From contig NC_068993.1 of assembly GCF_001194135.2 (NCBI RefSeq), positions 44,513,817 to 44,577,816 on the forward strand: a DNA stretch of 64,000 nucleotides, in the 5' to 3' direction. Both the position numbers and the translations under genes were made by a program. The notes under the pieces are model-generated. The model searched no databases. It had not been told where the DNA came from and was given only the letters and a program-made list of their open reading frames with translations. Positions within the stretch are counted from its first letter, which is position 1. Each line of letters begins with the position of its first letter. Positions 1-10,975 of the stretch are shown one piece after another. Source of the stretch: Octopus bimaculoides. Taxonomy: Eukaryota.

Positions 1-287
1 TAGGATTTTCGAGCGAGATCGTTGCCAGTGCCCCTGGACTGGCTTGTGCGGGTGGCACATAAAAGACACCATTTCGAGCGTGGCCGTTTTCGTGCGGGTG
101 ACACGTAAAAGCACCCACTACACTCTCTGAGTGGTTGGCGTTAGGAAGGGCATCCAGCTGTAGAAACTCTGCCAAATCAGACTGGAGCCTGGTGTTGCCA
201 TCCGGTTTCACCAGTCCTCAGTCAAATCGTCCAACCCATGCTAGCATGGAAAGCGGACGTTAAACGATGATGATGATGATGATGATG
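1..287 (+). mobile_element. SINE, (GAT)n-tailed family, young copy (5' end outside window)
   Basis: Core GGTTGGCGTTAGGAAGGGCATCCAGCTGTAGAAAC with a (GAT)n tail. The family recurs at ~835, 13390, 35087, 36850, 47350, 48030, 55200, 56860 and 60735. Confidence 0.85.
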
Positions 288-665
288 TATCTGAAGAGAG
301 GGAGAGTGTTTATGTCAATCATATTCAATTAAATTGTAATGTCCCTCTCACTCTTTCTGCCTATGTATCTTTGTGTGCAGATGTGTGTGTGTGTTTTTGG
401 CTCCAGCCCCACAAAATAAGTCGTCAACACAGGCTGAATACCTAATCATTTGTGCCAAATCATCTATGCCCAAAGAGCTGCAACAAATCAGCTCATCACA
501 GCAGTGACTTGTTTTCAATTCTAAACTGCACTCACTTCATCTCACACTGCTAATACTTTTCAGAAAGGCATCAACCTCATCTAATCAAATTTTCTGTCAT
601 AAATCTGAAACCATATGTCTAATGAAAAATATATTTATCATTTTCTCCTAATCCCTATTTTTCAG

Positions 666-795
666 GGGTTTCCTGGTTTAGCTGTATATTCTGGATCAAA
701 ATTCTTTGTTGAAGGTTTATCCCAAGCTCTAAGACTAGAAGTGGCTTCCTTGTGATGTGAAAACAGAGATAATAAATCATACAACAGATCAAGAG
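666..795 (+). CDS. SDR oxidoreductase (YdfG/ATRR-R2-like), penultimate exon, frameshifted in this assembly
   Basis: Acceptor ttcag|666. Reads GFPGLAVYSGSKFFVEGLSQALRLEVAS, including the SDR catalytic YxxxK (YSGSK), then stops at TGA 753-755. A shifted frame resumes as DVKTEIINHTTDQE up to a phase-0 donor gag|gtatct at 795/796. Confidence 0.85.
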
Positions 796-834
796 GTATC
801 TAGCATTTAATTCCTTTTACTGCCTTATCTAGAA

Positions 835-1110
835 CAGAGATCGTTGCCAGTGCCCCTGGACTGGCTCTAGTGCGGATGGCACATAAAAGACACCATTTCG
901 AGCGTGGCCGTTTTCGTGCAGGTGACACGTAAAAGCACCCACTACACTCTCTGAGTGGTTGGCGTTAGGAAGAGCATCCAGCTGTAGAAACTCTGCCAAA
1001 TTAGATTGGAGCCTGGTGTTGCCATCCGGTTTCACCAGTCCTCAGTCAAATCGTCCAACCCATGCTAGCATGGAAGGCGGACGTTAAACGATGATGATGA
1101 TGATGAATGA
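835..1110 (+). mobile_element. SINE, (GAT)n-tailed family, 5'-truncated
   Basis: Near-identical to 1-287 over ~270 bp, same orientation. Confidence 0.85.
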
Positions 1111-1649
1111 TGTTTTTCCAAAATCTTTGGTTCCAAAGCTTTTCTGGGTCACTTATTTTTGCAAACTGGGAGTGATCACATTGACCAACACACTCTCAGA
1201 CAAATATTAAATTTACTTAATTGATGAAATGAAATACGAGTACTTGTTATTTATACAGATTATAAAAGATTCTGAACCATTGGCATTTGGAAAGTTGGTG
1301 TTGTACCTGTATCAGATTCCTAAAAGTTTTTGAATCGGATAATTAATATTAGCTGTTTCACTACTCATTGTGACATTAGACAAATTTCCTAACAGACTGA
1401 TGCTCAATTTGACGAGGATAAAGTAAAAGTTTATACTATGTATTTTGATAGTCAACATCAAAATATTAATTTCCAAAAGTTTATATTAAAATATATTTTA
1501 CTATGAAAATCTAATACGGAACTGAGCTATCACATGGACAATATATCGAGGAGGTTTTGGCTCGAAACAATGTGACACTGGAGATGTAAGCTTTAGCTGT
1601 TTTGGCCATTTTTTTTAGTTTAGTCCACATTACTCCATAAGGAGTTTAT

Positions 1650-2060
1650 GGCTACAACCATTTCATGCCAGTTTTTGCTCCATCCCCAACACATCCTTTG
1701 CAGGTCTTAGGTCATCTAACTTTCCTCTTCCCTTCAGGCTGTCAGTCTAACACTTGTCTTGAAATGCTGTTTGGAAACTTCCTTAGAGTGTTACCAATCC
1801 AGCCCCATTTCCTTTTCAGAATTTCTTGATTGATGGGAGTTCAGCTTGTTCTATTCCACAGACTTCTGTTTGAAATTTTCTCTCGCCACAAGATCTTGAG
1901 GATGTAGTGCAGACATTTGTTGACTTACTCTTTATGGCTTTAGTGACCCTCCAAATTTCTAACCCATTAAGAAGAATGACCTTGACATTGGAATTGAAGA
2001 AGTGAATTTTTGTTTTGAAGGAGATGGCTTTGGACTAGACCAGTTGAAAACTGCAGATCC
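1650..2060 (-). mobile_element. RTE-clade LINE, degenerate RT C-terminal fragment (in SDR intron)
   Basis: Reverse-strand translation with stops and frameshifts: …SKAISFKTKIHFFNSNVKVILLNGLEIW…LKILWREKISNRSLW…KRKWGWIGNTLRK…EGKRK, typical of the RTE RT C-terminus. Confidence 0.75.
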
Positions 2061-2503
2061 TAGACCTCACATCCTCGTCTGTTCCATTTGTCTTTGAGAA
2101 TTAGATAAAACTAAATAATAGCATATAAATATCAGGTTTTAAAACCCTTTGGATAGAAAACTACATCTTTTGTAAATATAACAGACATACCACTATTGGA
2201 CCAAAGCAATCCTACAAATTTCTCCACCCATTTTACAAGCTTTCTTCTTACCAATGAGAAATTTAAAAAAAAACCCTTTGAATAGAAATGTCCCACAGGC
2301 AGCCTTTCATTTTTTCAATTATTTCATGCCCCTAAAGTTTGTAAATCCTTATTACATAAACATTGTACTTCATATTATCAACCTTCTTACATCACTATTC
2401 CTTCCTTTTGTATCACGTACTTTAATAGCATAGCTTATTACACCTGACTAGTTGATTCTAAATTTACTTATAGATGTATTTTTATTTTTCTTCCATTTTA
2501 CAG

Positions 2504-2647
2504 GCAAAGGATTTGTATGATGTTAGCAGTAAAATAAAGATATTAGAGCCTGATGATGTTGCACAAGCTTGCATTTATGCTACATCGCAACCAGAATATG
2601 TTGCCATTAATGAAATTCTTATACAACCAAGGGAAGCACCAATGTAA
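2504..2647 (+). CDS. SDR oxidoreductase, terminal exon
   Basis: Acceptor ttttacag|2504, phase 0 matching the upstream donor. AKDLYDVSSKIKILEPDDVAQACIYATSQPEYVAINEILIQPREAPM* is a typical SDR C-terminus (LxPxDVA...QP..V..NEI.I.P). Confidence 0.88.
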   Translation, partial: AKDLYDVSSKIKILEPDDVAQACIYATSQPEYVAINEILIQPREAPM

Positions 2648-2718
2648 TGTGATTCTAGACAGTTCAAATTTGTTATTAAGAAACCTAGGAAAGAAAGCTA
2701 TATCAAATTATGAAAGTC

Positions 2719-2857
2719 AACAACTATTTTTATGTTATTTTGAATATCATGAACACAATTTCCTAAAATAATCTAAAATGAATTTGAACAACTATTTTTA
2801 TGCTATTTTGAACATCATGAACACAATTTGCTAAAATAATCTAAAATGAGACTTGAA
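2719..2857. repeat. Tandem duplication, 68-bp period, in SDR 3' UTR region
   Basis: aacaactatttttatg…ctaaaataatctaaaatga occurs at 2719 and 2787. Confidence 0.9.
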
Positions 2858-3796
2858 CTCACATCTCTGTGTCTAAAAAAGAATTTGATTTACTCTAAAT
2901 AATTTTAAGATTAATAGGGACTTTAAAAACATTTTGGAATGTAATTTTTAATTAAATCATTGATATATAAATCTATTTGTATGTTCTGGTTTCACATTTT
3001 AAAACATTAAATATTCTGGGTATTAGAAGTGAGTATCTTGCTATGATAAAGGCAGTGGCAGAAATGATAGAGCAAGACTATAAATTGTAGCGTTTAGGTT
3101 CACTTTTCCGTGTTCTGTATTTAAATATTACTCAGATTCACTTTACTCTTCAGCCCTCCACAGTTAATAAATTGAGTACCAATAACAGGAGGAGGATGAG
3201 ACAACAAATATTACATCAACAAAATTTTGCCCTTTACCTTGTAATAAGTAAGTAATATTTTGCTGAGAGGTGTGGATCACAGCATCTTTAAGTTTGGAAA
3301 TGAGGGTTAAAGTACAAGAGATGGGACAGAGCAGGTTCTTGTTAAATAAATAAATAATGGGAGAAAGAACAATGGATTAAGTTTTGTTTTCAGAAAAAAA
3401 AATAGAAAAAAAAAAAAACAAGAAACAACAACACAAGAATACTTTTCTAAATTGATATTTTTAAGATATAATGATTAATTTAATGAAATGACAGGAATGA
3501 AGAGGAAAAAATGTTTACTTGATGAAAGTTTTAGATTGATGTAGTCTCTGGCAAAATATCAGAGAATGGTTTGTGAGTACATTTTTTTTTCCGCTTTTGC
3601 TTTAAATCATTTTATATGAATACATTTTTTTCTTTGTGGTTGTGGTAGGATGAAGAATTGTCATTTTTGTGAATGAAAAACCATATTTATAGCATGACAT
3701 TTATTCTTCCTTTCATCAAGGAAAGGTGCATGAAACCATATCAAAATATTTACACAATGCTAAGTGTTTCATTTATCTCTCTCTCTCTCTCAAAAT

Positions 3797-4023
3797 AATA
3801 ATCATAATAATGGCTTCAAATCTTGGCACAAGGCCAGCAATTTCGGGGGAAGGGGAAAGGTGATCACATTGACCCCAGTGCTCAACTGGTACTTATTTTA
3901 TCGACCCCGAAAGGATGAAAGGCAATGTTGATTTTGGCAGAATTTGAACTTAGAATATAAAGGCCAATGAAATGTCACTAAGCATTTCATCTGACATAAA
4001 TTTTTGCCAGCTCGCTGTCTCAC

Positions 4024-4074
<51 letters not shown>

Positions 4075-4664
4075 CCTTTCTACTGGAAGCACAAGGCCTC
4101 AAATTTGGAGGAAGGGATTAAGTCGATTACATTGACCCCAGTGCATAATTGGTACTTACTTAATCAACCCTGAAAGGATGAAAGGCAAAGTCGACCCTGG
4201 CAGAATTTGAACTCAGAACGTAACGACAGACGAAATACCACTAAGCATTTTTCCCAGAGTGTTAATAATAATAATCCTTTCTACTATAGGCAGAAGGCTT
4301 GAAATTTTTCAGGGAGTGGATAAGTCAATTACATCAACCCCAGAGTTCAACTGGTACTTATTTTATCAATCTTAAAAGAACGAAAGGCACAGTCAACCTC
4401 AGTGGAATCTGAACTCAGAATGTAGACAGACGAAATGTCACTCAGCATTTCGTTTGATGTGCTAAAAGTTCCGCCAATTCATCTAATAAAAATAATAATA
4501 TTAATAATCCTTTCTATTATAGGCACAAGGCCCAAAATTTATCGACCCTGAAAGGATGAAAGGCAAAGTCGACCTTGGCGGAATTTGAACTCAGAACATA
4601 GCGGCAGACAAAATGCTGCTAAGTATTTCGCCCAGCATGCTAACGATTCTGCCAGCTTGCCACC

Positions 4665-4713
<49 letters not shown>

Positions 4714-5185
4714 TAATAATAAAATTAATAATGATAATAATAATTGCTTCAAATTTTGACACAAGGCCAGCAATTTTGAGTGGGACGGGGCAGTGAATTA
4801 TGTTGACCCCAGTACTTGACTGGTACTTTATTTCATCAACCCTGAAGGATGAAAGGCAGTGTAAGTCAGCAGAATTTGAACTTAGAATGTAAAGATGGAC
4901 GAAATGCCACTAAGCATTTTGTCTGACATACTAACAATTCTGCTCATTCACTGCCTAATAATAATAATAATAATCTTTTCTACTATAGGCACAAAGCCTG
5001 AAAATTGCGGGGAGGGGACTAGACGATTACATCAACCCGTGTTTCACTGGTACTTAATTTATCAATCCCAAAAGGATGGCAGGCAAAGTTGACCCCAGTG
5101 GAATTTGAACTCAGAATGTGAAGATGGATGAAATGCCACTAAACATTTTGTCTGACGTGCTAACGATTCTGCTCGTTCAATGCCT
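3797..5185 (-). mobile_element. Head-to-tail array of ~6 (ATT)n-tailed tRNA-derived SINEs
   Basis: Repeating ~230-290 bp unit. On the minus strand it has A-box TGGCAGAATCGTTAG, B-box GAGTTCAAATTCC, body CCTTTCGGGGTCGATAAAATAAGTACCAG and an (ATT)n tail. Confidence 0.88.
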
Positions 5186-5837
5186 AATAATAACAATAAT
5201 AATACTAATGATATAGGTTACAATAAATTGCCAGTGCTACAATCCACAACCAAACTGATTGATGTTTTTCATGTATATATATGTCCATCTTAGCTTCACT
5301 TTCAGTTACTCACTCAACAACCAACAGACTATCATTTTTCTTCCTTTTTTTTTTTGGTCTTGTTTAGTCACATTACACTAGACATGGGGTGGAAGGGGTA
5401 AAGAAAAACTAAGTTACCATGACAGCAATATGTTGTCATGTCCTAATAGAACACAGACACACACACTACACTTAGAGAAACAGACAGGAAGTGGGCAGGG
5501 GTGGTGGTGAAGGACTGCTAAACAAAGAGTTAGAATAATAATAATAATAATAATAATACTAATATTTTCCTAACAAATTGTTGAATGTGAGAAGTGTCTT
5601 ACTGAACAAGATATTTGTTTCTTTCATTTTTTTTTTTTATTGTTATTACTGATGTTGCTGTCGTTCTTGTTGAATGTAATGGTTGAGAGTAACTGCACCA
5701 TGGTATATAAAACTGAAACATACATGGCACAGAGACAGACACACATGCACACACACACACACACATACACACACACACACAAGCACACATGAGGGATGAG
5801 ATGAGATGAGTTGTTCAGGAAAAAGACAGATTGAGAG

Positions 5838-6119
5838 CTACTTGTCCTGTCGTTTCACATTGCTCTTGTCACCACGACATTTTGGACAGTACCACTTCCC
5901 TTTTGGTTTGGAAGTTAAGTTTACACAGCTGAAGTGAAACCACTCTATAGGACACAAGTCGTTATCACAGCCGATCATCTCTCCGTACGACACCTGGTTA
6001 CATTCACAGTATGTTGGCTCATCGGGATCAATAGGCGGATCAATTGGAGATTTCTCACTTTCCTTTTCTTTCTTAGTTTTCCTCTTCTTCTTCTTTCTTG
6101 GCACTCTGTCTTTCTCCTC
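5838..6119 (-). CDS. ING1: ING1/2-like, terminal exon with NLS and PHD finger
   Basis: Acceptor ctgtttcag|, phase 0. Basic stretch [12 protein letters not shown] followed by [51 protein letters not shown], a canonical ING PHD. The four exons total 768 nt = 255 aa + stop. Confidence 0.96.
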   Translation of the reverse strand, partial: EEKDRVPRKKKKRKTKKEKESEKSPIDPPIDPDEPTYCECNQVSYGEMIGCDNDLCPIEWFHFSCVNLTSKPKGKWYCPKCRGDKSNVKRQDK

Positions 6120-6130
6120 CTGAAACAGAA

Positions 6131-6835
6131 AATAATAATAATAATAATAATAATCCCTTCTACTAAAGGCACAGGGCCTAGAATTTTGGCAGCAGGGACT
6201 AGTCAATTACATTGATCCTAGTGTTTCATTGGTACTTAATTTATTGACCCTGAAAGGATGAAAGGCAAAGTTGACCTCAGCAGAATTTGAACTTAGAATA
6301 TAGCAACAGATAAAATACTGCCAGGCATTTTGTCCAGCATCCTAACAACTCTGCCAGCTCGCTGCCTTAACAATAATAATAATCCTTTCTACTATAGGCA
6401 CATGGCCTGAAATTTTTGGGGAGAGAGATAATCAATTACATAGACCCCAGTGCTCAACTGGTGTTACAATACGAACCCTGAAAGGATGAAAGGCAAAGCT
6501 GACCTCGGTGGACTTGGAACTCAGAATGTAGCGATGAGTAAAATATCGCTAAGCACTTCGCCCAATATGCTAATAATTCTGCCAACTCGCCACCTGAGTA
6601 ATAATAATAATAATAATAATAATAATCCTTTCTACTATAGGCACAAGACTTGAAACTTTAAGAGAAGAACAAGTTGATTACATCGACCCCAGTGCCAAAC
6701 TGGCACTTATTTCAGCAAGCCCGAAAGGATGAAGGCAAAGTCCACCATGGCAGAATTTGAACTGAGAACGTAAAGACAGAAGAAATGCTGGGAAGCAGTT
6801 TGTCTAGTGTGCTAATGATTCTGCTACTCACTGCC

Positions 6836-6836
<1 letters not shown>
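6131..6836 (-). mobile_element. Head-to-tail array of 3 (ATT)n-tailed SINEs in ING intron 3
   Basis: Same unit as 3797-5185, copies at ~6131-6368, 6369-6595 and 6596-6836. Confidence 0.88.
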
Positions 6837-6868
<32 letters not shown>

Positions 6869-6873
<5 letters not shown>

Positions 6874-7428
6874 TGCCCAGATGCAGTACCAGGCAGTGGC
6901 TCTTATGGCTTCTCATCTTAAATGATTAAAAGTGTTATCATGTACATGGTTTTGTCTTGGTATAAAAGATGGACTACAGCAAATATTCTGCTCAATACCA
7001 CAGATTTGCTTGTCAGTTGTTTGACCATTACCAGTTGAGCATGTGCCTTAGTGGCTGATGATATGTGCATCTCTGATCACGAGCAGAAGTAGCTAGGGAG
7101 CATCATAGCCATGTGTTGAGAGGAATTCTTTGGGATTTGGATAATTCACCTTTGGAAACATGGGTGTGTCATTCAACATCCTTAAACAACCCTTATTCAG
7201 GGACCTTTTGAGCGGGATGGGCTACTCAACCTGAAGAAAATTCTAACTGGGCCCCACCTGCAAGGTCATGCACCGTTTATCTTGATATGTGATCACCATG
7301 TTGTGCACATAAAGTTGTGATGTATGTGCCTGGTGTATCCTTATCAGACAGGTAGTCATGATGGGTATAATGGGCTTCGTATATTTTACCCCAGTGTCAC
7401 TTTAATGTCTTGCACTGCTCTCTCAATC

Positions 7429-7462
<34 letters not shown>
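6869..7462 (+). mobile_element. ~590-bp interspersed repeat with (AAT)n tail (probable retroposon 3' end)
   Basis: Non-coding, moderately GC-rich block between two (AAT)n tracts, ending in (AAT)n. Family assignment not determined. Confidence 0.5.
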
Positions 7463-7465
<3 letters not shown>

Positions 7466-8396
7466 GTTTCAAACTTTGGCACAGGGCCAGTAGTCTTTGG
7501 AGGGGAGCAGTAAGTTGATTACATCAACCCCAGTACTTGATTGGTACTTGCTTTATTAACTTCCCAACAGTGTCTCATGTAATGGACACGCAAGCAGGAC
7601 ACAACAGCTGGTGACAAGCTGGGAGTATCAGTTGCTGTCTAGCTTTCGCACAGTGCACATCCTTGCTTGAATTTCCTATGGGAAAATTGGTGTTAGTTTA
7701 CAAACATAATGAGTAATGAATGGCCTTCAGGAACGAATTAAATTCATAAACTGAGGCTCCACTGTAATTAATAAGTTTTATTTTCAGAAAATTTTTCTTC
7801 AAATATACGATTTTAATTCTGAGAACTGCAGAGTTAATCCCCCTCAACAACTTCACTATTTCAATTAAGCTCTCCTATGCTTTTGAATAAAAATTTCTTG
7901 TATATTCTCTTTCTAAGTTCCATAGATGAATGCTCTGAAGTCACTCTCACCATCATAAATGTAGCGAGTTAGTAATTGTTGGAAACCCATAAGCAGCAAC
8001 ATTATGGTTTGATACCTTTTATCTTTCACTTGTTTCAGATATAAAACTGTGGCCATGCTTAGGCACTGCCTCTAAAGTCTGGTAATTATTCTATCAAACC
8101 TTTTGCCAAACCATAGTTACAGTGACATAACCAAACCAGCACCAGTTATCAAGTGAAGGAGAGGGAATTAACAAAGATGCAAAGACACACACACAAACAG
8201 GCTTACACAGTTTCCATCCACCAAATCCACTCACAAGGCATTTGTCGGCCAGGAGCTATATTGCAAGATGCTGGCTCAAGGTGTTGTGCAGTGGAACTGA
8301 ACCACAAACCAGGTTGCAAAGCAAACTTAACCACAAAGCCATGCTGATATAAGAGAAGAACTAATAATTCTCAATAGTTTAACACACTGTTATTAC

Positions 8397-8539
8397 CTTC
8401 TTTTCTTCATCTTTACTAATATCATGTGTCTTCTGTCGGCGCTGTCTTTTGCTGCCTGCTTTCTCATTTCTGTCATTTTCCTGTTTGACTTTGGCACTGG
8501 CCAAATCTTCTTTGTCATTGTCTTTCCCTAAAGAAGGAT
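8397..8539 (-). CDS. ING1: ING1/2-like, exon 3 (linker/NLS)
   Basis: Acceptor tttttccag|, 143 nt, phase 1 to 0. DPSLGKDNDKEDLASAKVKQENDRNEKAGSKRQRRQKTHDISKDEEKK; KRQRRQ resembles ING1 KRSRRQ. Donor AAG|gtaata. Missed by the ORF track. Confidence 0.85.
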
Positions 8540-8596
8540 CTGGAAAAAGATTTAAAAAATTATTTTTTTAAATAATTCATAATGAATACATATCTA

Positions 8597-8648
<52 letters not shown>

Positions 8649-8697
8649 TTTCATATAGATATATACACACACATATATATACATATGCTATTATATA

Positions 8698-9558
8698 CAC
8701 AGTGCGATGAGTAAATTATCGCCATTTTATATTTTTAATTTCACGCATACGCATTGTTTGTACTTGATTTTGTTCACTGCACAGTATAGTAGTATCAATT
8801 GGGCACCAGCTGTGAGAAAAACAGCACCATGATGCAATTCACTCAGCCAGAAGTTTGGAAACGACATGCTGTACTGCTTGGCACCTACGCTGGAAGCTCC
8901 AATACGAACATTTCAGAGTGTTTAGGTGTCAGTCTGAGGACAGTAATCTAAGTACATGTACCAAGAGTGACAAAAATCAAACATCCAGTCAACATGACGG
9001 TGTTTGGAGTGATCACTAGTGATGGCGATGTTATGCCTACATTCATCTTCCTACAAGGCCTCAGACTAAACACAGAGGCCTACATCAAGTGCCTGGAGGA
9101 GGTAGTGCTGCCCTGGGTCAAGAAGGTGGCTGCTGGAAGACCCTATGTTTGGCAACAGGACTCTGCACCATGCCACACAAGCAGGAGAACTCAGTCATGG
9201 CTGTCAGACATCTGGCCACCTAACACTCCAGAGTGCAACCCTCTTGATTATTATGTGTGGGATGCAGTTGAGCGAGAGACCAACAAAACTCCTTGTAACA
9301 CCAAAGATGAACTGATGGCAAGGATTATGGCAGCATTCAACAACTTCAACAAGGAGACAGTCCAGAAGAGTTGCAGGAGATTCTGAAGTCGTCTGGAGGC
9401 TGTAGTTGAAGCCAATGGTGATTTTATTGAATAAATTTACTCTTTAGTATTTCCAGATATTTTAATGTAATTTTGGTAAATATATCTGTTAAAATGAAAT
9501 GTCAGTGTTATTTTTATTTTTGCGTCATTTAGAGGACAATTTATTCATTACATCCTTA
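8698..9558 (+). mobile_element. Internally deleted Tc1/mariner-superfamily transposon (DD37D/maT-like) in ING intron 2
   Basis: ORF 8967-9386 has VFGVITSDG…WQQDSAPCH…WPPNTPECNPLDYYVW. Degenerate TIRs (CACAGTGCGATGAGTAAATTATCG vs reverse complement TAAGGATGTAATGAATAAATTGTCC) with TA at both flanks. Confidence 0.85.
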
Positions 9559-9574
9559 TACATACATGTGTATT

Positions 9575-9910
9575 CAAAAAGACCCCCTTTAGTCAAGAAT
9601 GCCCATGGGATGAACCTAGAAAGTTCCCCTCTGAGGCACAAGCCTAGGCATGATTGTTCATGGAAGATTAGCAGTCGCCCATGTATACCAGCCTCCCCTC
9701 TCCACGCCACCGATGTTATCCAAGGGAAAGGAAAAGGCCACTACAGCTTGGCACCAATGACGTTGCAACTCATTTCTACAGCTGAGTGAACTGGAGCAAC
9801 ATGAAATAAGTGTCTTGCTCAAGAAAACCGCACAGCCTAATCCAGGAATCAAACTCACTACCTCGTGATTGTGAGCCCAAAGCTCTTACCACTAAGCCAT
9901 GTATCTTCAC
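9575..9910 (-). mobile_element. tRNA-derived SINE (GCTGAGTGRACTGGAGCAAC family)
   Basis: tRNA-like head at the 9910 end; the same head module is seen at ~43200-43355 and 54210-54372. Confidence 0.7.
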
Positions 9911-10130
9911 ACACACAGATTATATATATATATATATATAATCAGTATCATCATCCTTAATATTGTGTTTACTTTTCCATGCTTCCATGGTCCAGACAGA
10001 ATTTGTTGAGCCGAATTTTCTACAGCCAGATATCTTCCTCTTACCAACTTTCACCGTTTCCAAGCAAGATAATATTTTCCCATTGCTAGAAATGTGCTTC
10101 ATGAAAGACTGAAAACAAACAGTGACTTAC

Positions 10131-10331
10131 CTAGGTTTTCTCGGTCTTGTTCCAGCTGCCGGGACCGGTTCTCAATTAGATCGATAATAAGGGTCATCAT
10201 ATTTAGCTTTTCATCCCCTATTTCTTGGAACCTTAACAATGCACGTTGGAATATAATGAAGGACTTCCGCTTTGCAGGGCCATCAGCTTCATACATACAC
10301 AAATGATGGCGATTAATATCTTGCATAATTT
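10131..10331 (-). CDS. ING1: ING1/2-like, exon 2
   Basis: Acceptor ttccag|, 201 nt, phase 1 to 1. EIMQDINRHH…FQRALLRFQEIGDEKLNMMTLIIDLIENRSRQLEQDRENL matches the ING motif QRALIRSQELGDEK. Donor CTAG|gtaagt. Confidence 0.92.
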
Positions 10332-10864
10332 CTGGAACATAAAATGAAAAGGATAAAAATGTATAGCATTATAAATTAAATTCAAGAAACTTTACAACTA
10401 AATTGAAAACCTTTTAGCCCTGGTTATGTTGGCAATTCTGAAAACTTTTGGGTGTGAATTTTACTTGAGTAGAAGCTTTTCTTAATAAATTTTATCCTGA
10501 AAATCACTTGCGTAAATTACAAAGGTGTAAAATTACATGGGTTTTTATGGCATTCTATGGCGAAGAAAGGAGAGGACGAAAGTTTGTGACAATTGTTATG
10601 TCCACACCTATGTATTTATTAAAAGTATTAGAGATGGAATGGTTACAATTTTTGAGTTGAACCACACGGTGGTGCATCAGCATGGCCGCAGCTCTGAGCT
10701 GAAACTTTGAAATGAAATGAAATGTTGCATACTGTATGCACTATAAATGGGAGCTTTTAAACAGAAATTCTGTGTGTGTGTGTGTGTGTGTGTGTTAGGA
10801 AAGAAGGACAACCATCTATTAAGAAAACCATGCCAAAACATATAATGGGGCTTGGTTCACACCC

Positions 10865-10975
<111 letters not shown>

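Noticed and set aside
3797-6836. Regularly spaced repeats that superficially resemble a CRISPR array
   Set aside because: Units are 230-290-bp SINEs with pol III boxes, with no unique spacers and no cas genes, in a eukaryotic context.
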